Shown here in pieces: positions 57,549 to 64,000 of a DNA stretch of 64,000 nt. Under the pieces are notes generated by a model that was given only the letters and a program-made list of their open reading frames with translations, was not told where the DNA came from and ran no database searches. Positions within the stretch are counted from its first letter, which is position 1, and every line of letters begins with the position of its first letter. The translations under genes and the position numbers were made by a program. Source of the DNA: Elusimicrobiota bacterium (GTDB taxonomy: Bacteria; Elusimicrobiota; Endomicrobiia; CG1-02-37-114; JAHJSO01); NCBI GenBank assembly GCA_043826435.1, contig JBDRQF010000044.1:1-64000 (forward strand). The letters are read 5' to 3'.

Positions 57549-58601
57549 TCATGTTTTAAACACCGACATAGTGATGCTTATTATTGACATAACAAGCGTT
57601 ATGACATACATCACGAGAACGACCTCCCTGTGCGACCACCCCAGCCGCAGGAGGCGGTGGTGTATGTGGTCTTTGTCGGGGGTCATAACGCCGGTGCCTC
57701 TGTTGAGTCGCCGTAATATTGAAAGGAGGACGTCAAGTATGGGCAACGCCACTATTATCACCGGTATAAACAGGGCTATAACCAGCGGGGTCTTCAACGT
57801 CCCTATTATGCTTATACCTGCAAGAAAAAACCCGATAAAAAGAGCCCCACAGTCGCCCAGGAAAACCCTCGCCGGGTGAAAATTAAAAAACAGGAACCCG
57901 ATGCAGGCGCCGCAGAGTACGGCGGAAAGCACGGCGCTCAGCTGGAGCTGCTGGACAAGCCAGATTTTGTCCGGCCTCAGGAGTATGGCAACCACAAAGA
58001 ACGTCCCGCTTGCTATTGCGGCTATCCCCGAAGCGAGCCCGTCAAGCCCGTCGGCCAGGTTTATGGTGTTCATAAAACCTATCAGCCACAGTATGCTTAC
58101 TATCTGGCTTAAAAATATCGTCGCTTCCGTCTTCCTGAAGTCAATACCGATTCCGAAAGGCAGTTTCAGCCCCGCTATCCTCAACCCGAAATCCATGGCG
58201 CAGTATGCGGCAATAATCTGGACGAGTAGTTTGGTAACGGCCCGGACCGGCTTTTTGTCGTCAATCATACCGAGGACCAGCACAAAAGTGCTGCCCAACA
58301 ACACGCCTATAAGCTGCGTCTGGATTGATATGGTGCTTATAAACTTGCTCTTCGTATCCTTGAGTTCATAAGACAGCAGTTCCCTGAATTGAGGGAAAAC
58401 GTAATAAATTGCAACGAGTGTAAGGATGACCGACAAAAAAATGCCGACCCCTCCCCACCTCGGGACCGGACGGGAGTGGACCTTCCTCCTGCCGGGCCAG
58501 TCGTATATGTTTGCTTTCCTGCTTAAAAATATCGCCCCCGGCACGGTCGCCATGGTCAACAGCAATGCGCAAAGGAAACAAGAAAAATATAACAACATCA
58601 T
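57549..58601 (-). CDS. wecA: Undecaprenyl-phosphate GlcNAc-1-phosphate transferase (WecA/TagO, MraY family)
   Basis: RKVH..P.PR.GG, GMIDD, NLADGLDGL, FLGDCG, HIHHRL. Confidence 0.9.
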   Translation of the reverse strand: MMLLYFSCFLCALLLTMATVPGAIFLSRKANIYDWPGRRKVHSRPVPRWGGVGIFLSVILTLVAIYYVFPQFRELLSYELKDTKSKFISTISIQTQLIGVLLGSTFVLVLGMIDDKKPVRAVTKLLVQIIAAYCAMDFGLRIAGLKLPFGIGIDFRKTEATIFLSQIVSILWLIGFMNTINLADGLDGLASGIAAIASGTFFVVAILLRPDKIWLVQQLQLSAVLSAVLCGACIGFLFFNFHPARVFLGDCGALFIGFFLAGISIIGTLKTPLVIALFIPVIIVALPILDVLLSILRRLNRGTGVMTPDKDHIHHRLLRLGWSHREVVLVMYVITLVMSIISITMSVFKT

Positions 58602-58602
58602 G

Positions 58603-59865
58603 TCAGTAGAGTGGGAAACGTTTTGTAAAACGGCCTACCTGTTTTTTGATTTTGGACAGCGACCTCTTATCCCGCCTGCCTTTAATGGCGGAATCAATCA
58701 TACCTGCAATCACGTCCATCTCTTTTTCTTTCATCCCGCGCGTCGTAACTGCAGGGGTGCCGAGACGGATCCCCGAAGTAATGAACGGTTTTCGGCTGTC
58801 AAACGGTATGGAGTTCTTGTTCACGGTAATACCGGCGCCGTCAAGCGCCTTTTCCGCCTCAATGCCGGTTATTCCCTGCGGGACAAGGTCAACCACAAAC
58901 ATGTGGCAGTCGGTCCCGCCTGAAACAATCCTGTATCCAAGCGACGACAAATCATCCGCAAGACGCTTTGCGTTATTCAGCACCTGCGCCTGGTAGCGTC
59001 TGAATGCAGGGCTCATCGCCTGGCGGAAAGCCACCGCCTTAGCCGCTATCACGTGCATCATCGGGCCACCCTGTATCCCCGGAAATACCATTTTGTCCAC
59101 AAGCGCGGCATACTTCTTTTTACAGAGGATAATTCCCCCCCTGGGCCCTCGCAGTGTTTTGTGCGTCGTGAAAGTAACAAAGTCAGCCCACGCTACGGGC
59201 GACGGATAAACACCCGCAGCGATAAGCCCGGCGTAGTGGGCAACATCAGCCATAAAATATGTGGGACGACCGGCCAACGAACCTACCTCGTCGCACACCT
59301 GCCTGAATTTTTTCCAGTCAATCCTCCTTGAATAACTTGAACTGCCTGCAACAACCAGGTGAGGCCTGTGCCTTTTTGCAAGGACACGCAGTTCGGCGTA
59401 GTCAATTATACCCGTCTTCCTGTCAACCCCCACTGGCACCGTCCTGAAATACTTGCCTGAAAAACTCGTCGGGTGGCCGTGCGAAAGATGCCCCCCGTGG
59501 GTCAGGTGCATACCCATAATCGTATCGCCCGGGTCCAGCACGGCGAAATAAACTGCCATGTTCGCCTGTGTTCCCGAATGCGGCTGGACATTTGCGTGTT
59601 CAGCCCTGAATAATTTTTTCACCCTGTCTATAGCAAGGGACTCAGCCGCATCAACATAATCGCACCCACCATAGTAGCGCCTGCCTGGATACCCTTCTGC
59701 ATATTTATTCGTTAGTACGGAACCCTGGGCCTCAAGCACCTCCGGGGATGTATAATTCTCTGATGCGATAAGTTCAATGCCATTTTTCTCTCTTCTGAGT
59801 TCACCGGAAATTGCATTGTATAGTTCCGGGTCTGCCTTCCTTAGATGATTTAAACTATTTCCCAT
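58603..59865 (-). CDS. glyA: Serine hydroxymethyltransferase
   Basis: [35 protein letters not shown]; start moved to ATG 59865. Confidence 0.97.
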   Translation of the reverse strand: MGNSLNHLRKADPELYNAISGELRREKNGIELIASENYTSPEVLEAQGSVLTNKYAEGYPGRRYYGGCDYVDAAESLAIDRVKKLFRAEHANVQPHSGTQANMAVYFAVLDPGDTIMGMHLTHGGHLSHGHPTSFSGKYFRTVPVGVDRKTGIIDYAELRVLAKRHRPHLVVAGSSSYSRRIDWKKFRQVCDEVGSLAGRPTYFMADVAHYAGLIAAGVYPSPVAWADFVTFTTHKTLRGPRGGIILCKKKYAALVDKMVFPGIQGGPMMHVIAAKAVAFRQAMSPAFRRYQAQVLNNAKRLADDLSSLGYRIVSGGTDCHMFVVDLVPQGITGIEAEKALDGAGITVNKNSIPFDSRKPFITSGIRLGTPAVTTRGMKEKEMDVIAGMIDSAIKGRRDKRSLSKIKKQVGRFTKRFPLY

Positions 59866-60355
59866 TCGGGTAATCCTTTCTGATAATCTCAAAAGCAATA
59901 CGCACGTATTTTTTTATTTCTTCTGCACGCTCCTGATAGACATTTTCCGGCTGTCCTATCGGATCGGGTATCTCCCTGTTTTCCTTTTCACCTGCGTACT
60001 CTTTCAGGAGATGTATCTTCTTTCTTGCATCCAGGAAACGGTACAACAACGCCTCCTTATGCGAGTTGTCCATAACGAGTATTATGTCGGATGCGTCTAT
60101 CAGTTCCCTGCTGACAGGGGTTGAAACATGCATGGATACGTCTATATCTTCCTTCGCAAGCATCCTCACAACCACCCCGGGAACCGTGTATGAAACACTC
60201 GCTGCTGTCCCGCAGGAGAGCGCTGTAAGTCGTTTAAAACCCTCATCCATAATAAGCCTTTTCGTATAGCCCTCTGCGAGGACGCTCCTGCAGGTATTAC
60301 CCGTGCACACATACAGAACCGTAACCGCGACTGTATTATGTCGTGTAGTCGGCAT
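59855..60355 (-). CDS. Low-molecular-weight protein Tyr/Arg phosphatase
   Basis: [15 protein letters not shown]. Confidence 0.92.
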   Translation of the reverse strand: MPTTRHNTVAVTVLYVCTGNTCRSVLAEGYTKRLIMDEGFKRLTALSCGTAASVSYTVPGVVVRMLAKEDIDVSMHVSTPVSRELIDASDIILVMDNSHKEALLYRFLDARKKIHLLKEYAGEKENREIPDPIGQPENVYQERAEEIKKYVRIAFEIIRKDYPNGK

Positions 60356-61577
60356 TGATTTTTATATAGCCGTAACTTAAATCGCAGGTGTAATATTCAA
60401 CACCGGCACTGCCTGCGCCAAGCGATATGCCTATCTCTATTTCCCTGCGTGAAAGCTCCTTTTTCATGTTTGAGGTGCATCCCGAACTGCAGCCCGCCGC
60501 AACCTCATGCCCGTTTATGCTGATTTTTAACCTGCCTGGATTTATCTTCACCCCGCTCCTGCCGACGCACGCAACTATCCTGCCCCAGTTAGGGTCTTCG
60601 CCGAACATCGCGGTCTTTACCAACGGCGATGTGGCTACCGCAGACGCCACCTTCTTCGCATCGGAATAGTTCCCTGCCGAACTTACCTTTATTGTTATGA
60701 ATTTCGTGGCTCCTTCGCCGTCCGCGGCAACCATCTTTGCAAGTTCCCTGCAAACATTTTCAATAGAGTGATAAAACCTGTTAAAATCGGCGCCGTCCGG
60801 CCTGTCTATCGTTTTATTGCCGGCAAGCCCGTTCGCCAGAAGAAAAACAGTGTCGTTGGTAGAAGTATCGCCGTCAACACTCATGCAGTTAAACGTCTTA
60901 CTGACGACTTTCCTGAGCGCTGGCGCAAGTACCCGCCCTGAAACCGCCGCATCCGTAAAGATAAAACACAGGAGGGTCGCCATGTCGGGGTGAATCATGC
61001 CTGCCCCTTTTACGCACCCCCATATGCGCACGGGTTTGCCTTTCATTCTTATCTCCGCACCTGCAACTTTTACAACCGTATCCGTGGTCATTATTGCCCT
61101 GACGGCATCAACCGGGCTGCGTTTTCCTGCCGGCTCGACGGTAACATTCGGGCTATGCATCCCTGCCATCCCGCCGGTAACATTTTTAATACCAGCCGTT
61201 ATCTTCCTGATACCGCGGCGCACATTATCCATAGGCAGGTACTTGCCTATTACACCCGTGGATGCAACAAGCACGTTCCCCGGACGCACACCGAGCATCC
61301 CGGCTGTCACAGAACACATCTCCTGCGCGTCCTTCATCCCCCTGTCACCCGTGCAGGCATTTGCGCAGCCCGAGTTTGCAATTATTGCATGAACCTTATT
61401 TTTTATATTTTTTGAACTCACAAGCACTGGCGCCGCCTTTATCCGGTTTCTTGTCCAAACGCCGGCTGCAACGCACGGGGCTGTTGAATAAAATAAAGCC
61501 AGGTCTTTCTTCCCCCTGGCTCCGATACCGCAATGCAGCCCCGCAAAACGAAAACCACACGGCAGTTTATAAGACAT
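60336..61577 (-). CDS. argJ: Glutamate N-acetyltransferase/ornithine acetyltransferase
   Basis: NSGCANACTG, STGVIG, MTTDT, KGAGMIHPDMATLL, DTSTND, DGEGATK; start moved to ATG 61577. Confidence 0.96.
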   Translation of the reverse strand: MSYKLPCGFRFAGLHCGIGARGKKDLALFYSTAPCVAAGVWTRNRIKAAPVLVSSKNIKNKVHAIIANSGCANACTGDRGMKDAQEMCSVTAGMLGVRPGNVLVASTGVIGKYLPMDNVRRGIRKITAGIKNVTGGMAGMHSPNVTVEPAGKRSPVDAVRAIMTTDTVVKVAGAEIRMKGKPVRIWGCVKGAGMIHPDMATLLCFIFTDAAVSGRVLAPALRKVVSKTFNCMSVDGDTSTNDTVFLLANGLAGNKTIDRPDGADFNRFYHSIENVCRELAKMVAADGEGATKFITIKVSSAGNYSDAKKVASAVATSPLVKTAMFGEDPNWGRIVACVGRSGVKINPGRLKISINGHEVAAGCSSGCTSNMKKELSRREIEIGISLGAGSAGVEYYTCDLSYGYIKINADYTT

Positions 61578-61584
61578 CGCCGCT

Positions 61585-63396
61585 CTATGTGGCTGCACCC
61601 ATAATTTCTTCATAAGTCGTTACACCCATCGTCACTTTTATCAGCCCGTCCTGGACAAGCGTCCTCATACCGTGTGATATCGCCATGTCCCTCAGCGGCC
61701 CCACAGACATTTCCTTAACGCACAGCCGCCTTAAGTCCTCATCCATAACCAGCAGTTCATGTATTGCGGTTCTGCCTTTCATTCCCCTGTTGCCGCATTT
61801 AGGGCATCCCTTGGGTTTCATAAATGTCGCTTTGGAATAATCAATCTTATGACCCTCAAGCGTTTTCAGCAGTTCCGCAGGCGGGTTCGGGTCCGGTTCT
61901 TTGCAATTCTTGCATAGCGTTGATATAAGTCGTTGGGCAAGGACCGCCTCAAGCGTGTTGGCGATAAGGAAGGTATGCACTCCCATTTCAGAAAGACGGG
62001 TAATTGAAGATGGGGCATCATTCGTATGCAGTGTTGAAAGAACCAGGTGTCCCGTCATTGCGGCTTCCATTGCAATCTGCGCCGTCTCCCTGTCCCTGAT
62101 TTCTCCCACCATAATTACGTCGGGGTCCTGACGCAGGAACGCCCTGAGGGCTGTGGCAAAATCAAAAACCTTGTCCGGCCCCATTTTGAGGTCAGGGTTC
62201 ACCTGAACCTGAACCACCCCTTCCAGGTTGTATTCAACAGGGTTCTCCGCCGTAAGGACTTTCTCCTCAGGATCCCTTATTGTAGAAAGCGCAGACGTAA
62301 GCGTAAACGATTTCCCCGAGCCGGTCGGTCCCGTTACAAGTATAAGGCCGTAAGGTTTATTCAGCGAACCCATAAATTTCTGCAGGGTGTCAGGAAGTAT
62401 TCCCAACTGGTCAAGCGTTAACGTTGCTCCCGAGCGGTCAAGGATACGCATTACGGCGCTTTCTCCGAATACAGTCGGCACCACGTTCACGCGGAATTCT
62501 ATTGATTTTCCTTTCGCCTTAACCTGAATCCTGCCGTCCTGCGGTATTCTTCTCTCCGTTATGTTCATCCCGCCCATAATTTTTATTTTCGCCATAAGCG
62601 CCTGCTTGAAAACCATCGGTATCTTGAAGGACGCCCTTCTCAGGTTTCCGTCAACCCGGTAACGCACCGAAAGTTTTTTCTCAAACGGTTCAATGTGTAT
62701 GTCGGACGCCTTAAGCCGCACCGCCTCAAGGATTACGGCATTTACAAGTTTTTCCACCTCGGGCGCCGAGGCGTCAATCTGCATAATATCGGATGACTCT
62801 TCAAAAGATGTTTTATCAACCTGTAGTTCGGAAGAGGTGTCAAGCCCTGCAAGGAGCTCGGCGGTGAGTTCTTTAGCATCCTCCGAGAAATCCGCCTGTG
62901 AAACCGTCGGCGCCGCCGCTTCCGTCTCTTCCTCGTCAGACAATGCGGCTTCTTCTTCCGTGCCATAGACCTTGCTCATCGCTTCCCTTATGTCTTCGGG
63001 GAGCGCCAGGTACGGCTGTATTTCAAGCCCCGTCCTGAGCTGTATGTCTTCAACGGCGAAAATGTCCCTTGGGTCAGCCATTGCAACGAACAAAACATTC
63101 TCTTCCTTGGCGAACGGCACAGCATTGTACCTCTTTGCACTCTGTTTGGGAATTATTTTTGAGAGTTCAGGGTCAAGTTCCATTTCACCCAGGTCCACGG
63201 CTTTAACCCCCCAGGCGTCAACAAGTTTCTTAAGGAGTACGGGTTTTTCAATAAGTTTCCTGTCAACAACCAGCTGCTGAAGGAGGGCACCTGTGCGTCT
63301 CACTTCTTCATTTATTTCTTTGAGTTTTTCCTCAGGCAGGAGTTTCGTTTCAAGAATGATTTCCGCTACCGTTTTTCTTCTGGTTGCTGCTTTCAT
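61585..63396 (-). CDS. pilB: Type IV pilus/T2SS assembly ATPase (PilB/GspE family)
   Basis: ASDIHIEP, PQDGR, GPTGSGKS, LRQDPDVIMVGEIRD, TGHLVLSTLHTND, Zn CxxC pairs. Confidence 0.88.
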   Translation of the reverse strand: MKAATRRKTVAEIILETKLLPEEKLKEINEEVRRTGALLQQLVVDRKLIEKPVLLKKLVDAWGVKAVDLGEMELDPELSKIIPKQSAKRYNAVPFAKEENVLFVAMADPRDIFAVEDIQLRTGLEIQPYLALPEDIREAMSKVYGTEEEAALSDEEETEAAAPTVSQADFSEDAKELTAELLAGLDTSSELQVDKTSFEESSDIMQIDASAPEVEKLVNAVILEAVRLKASDIHIEPFEKKLSVRYRVDGNLRRASFKIPMVFKQALMAKIKIMGGMNITERRIPQDGRIQVKAKGKSIEFRVNVVPTVFGESAVMRILDRSGATLTLDQLGILPDTLQKFMGSLNKPYGLILVTGPTGSGKSFTLTSALSTIRDPEEKVLTAENPVEYNLEGVVQVQVNPDLKMGPDKVFDFATALRAFLRQDPDVIMVGEIRDRETAQIAMEAAMTGHLVLSTLHTNDAPSSITRLSEMGVHTFLIANTLEAVLAQRLISTLCKNCKEPDPNPPAELLKTLEGHKIDYSKATFMKPKGCPKCGNRGMKGRTAIHELLVMDEDLRRLCVKEMSVGPLRDMAISHGMRTLVQDGLIKVTMGVTTYEEIMGAAT

Positions 63397-63468
63397 TTCT
63401 GTTCACCTGCCTGCGATGTTATTTCTTTTGTTATTTTGATTTTAGATTCACTCTGAATTTTCTCAAAC

Positions 63469-63999
63469 TCAAAAGATATATTTTAATTGCATCCTATAAG
63501 AAGGTATATAAAATATATTTCCTGAAAGCAAAAAATCAAGTGTTACCTTCTTAATAATAATACCAAATCCCGCCCGATATTCTGTGTTTATATTGACGTT
63601 ACGATTTTGCAAGAAATATTTTTTGCCCAGAGTTAATACATCTTCGTCCTTCAATGAACCGTTAATTGAATAAGTAAATCCAACCCGTAATGGCAAAAAT
63701 TTGTAAAGTAAATATTCCATTGCTATCGGGACCGCTATGCGACCTGTAAACTGTTTACTTTTTTCCGTCAACGACACCACGAGTAAATATTCTTGACTGC
63801 TTTGTTCTGTTTCTTCATATTCATAACCGAAATTTCCCCGACAGGCATACATAAAAGACAATCTCTTTTCTAAGAATTTTGTCACCCTGCCCCAGCCAAG
63901 GATTAAACTATACTTGTTCCCCCCACTCAATATAGTTGCAGACGAGATACTTACTGACTCCGTAATAGTTGTGCCTCTTACAGAATAAGATCTGCTTTC
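63469..63999 (-). CDS. C-terminal part of a probable outer-membrane beta-barrel (5'-truncated)
   Basis: Frame is open to the window end; alternating beta-strand pattern; ends QLKYIF; AT-rich. Confidence 0.6.
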   Translation of the reverse strand, partial: ESRSYSVRGTTITESVSISSATILSGGNKYSLILGWGRVTKFLEKRLSFMYACRGNFGYEYEETEQSSQEYLLVVSLTEKSKQFTGRIAVPIAMEYLLYKFLPLRVGFTYSINGSLKDEDVLTLGKKYFLQNRNVNINTEYRAGFGIIIKKVTLDFLLSGNIFYIPSYRMQLKYIF

Positions 64000-64000
64000 A

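Overview
Bacterial chromosomal DNA, most likely from an Elusimicrobiota-like anaerobe (inferred from gene style, not proven). Left to right: (i) the 3' part of a large secreted repeat protein with a T9SS-type C-terminal domain, next to a PorV-like gene; (ii) housekeeping genes (recX, purH, alaS, tRNA-Arg, dtd, sppA); (iii) a 1.2-kb non-coding gap between convergent genes holding a XerC/D dif-like site (17074-17101), with a degenerate ~29-bp repeat array to its left and an AT-rich core plus a seven-copy, helically phased array to its right; (iv) cstA and tupA; (v) a ~19-kb molybdenum-hydroxylase island with an atypical deaminase, three Mo subunits, three 2Fe-2S subunits, two FAD subunits, a single-chain PreT-PreA-like flavoprotein, mocA, xdhC, a MoaD-like gene and modABC, where one operon has a 5' leader made of two 93-nt copies; (vi) valS-rph-rdgB, four more tRNAs, nadE-glnA-[MNT/HEPN]-glutamate synthase-like, M23-bactofilin, and a minus-strand run pilB-argJ-ptp-glyA-wecA-wecB-amrS-maf. 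The best candidates for undescribed biology are the dif-flanking repeat architecture, the tandem leader RNA, the Mo-hydroxylase/PreTA pathway and the HFS-motif/CTD/PorV secretion pair. Short tandem duplications occur throughout the window, even inside essential genes, and are the null explanation for some repeats. All calls are by eye; no database searches were run.
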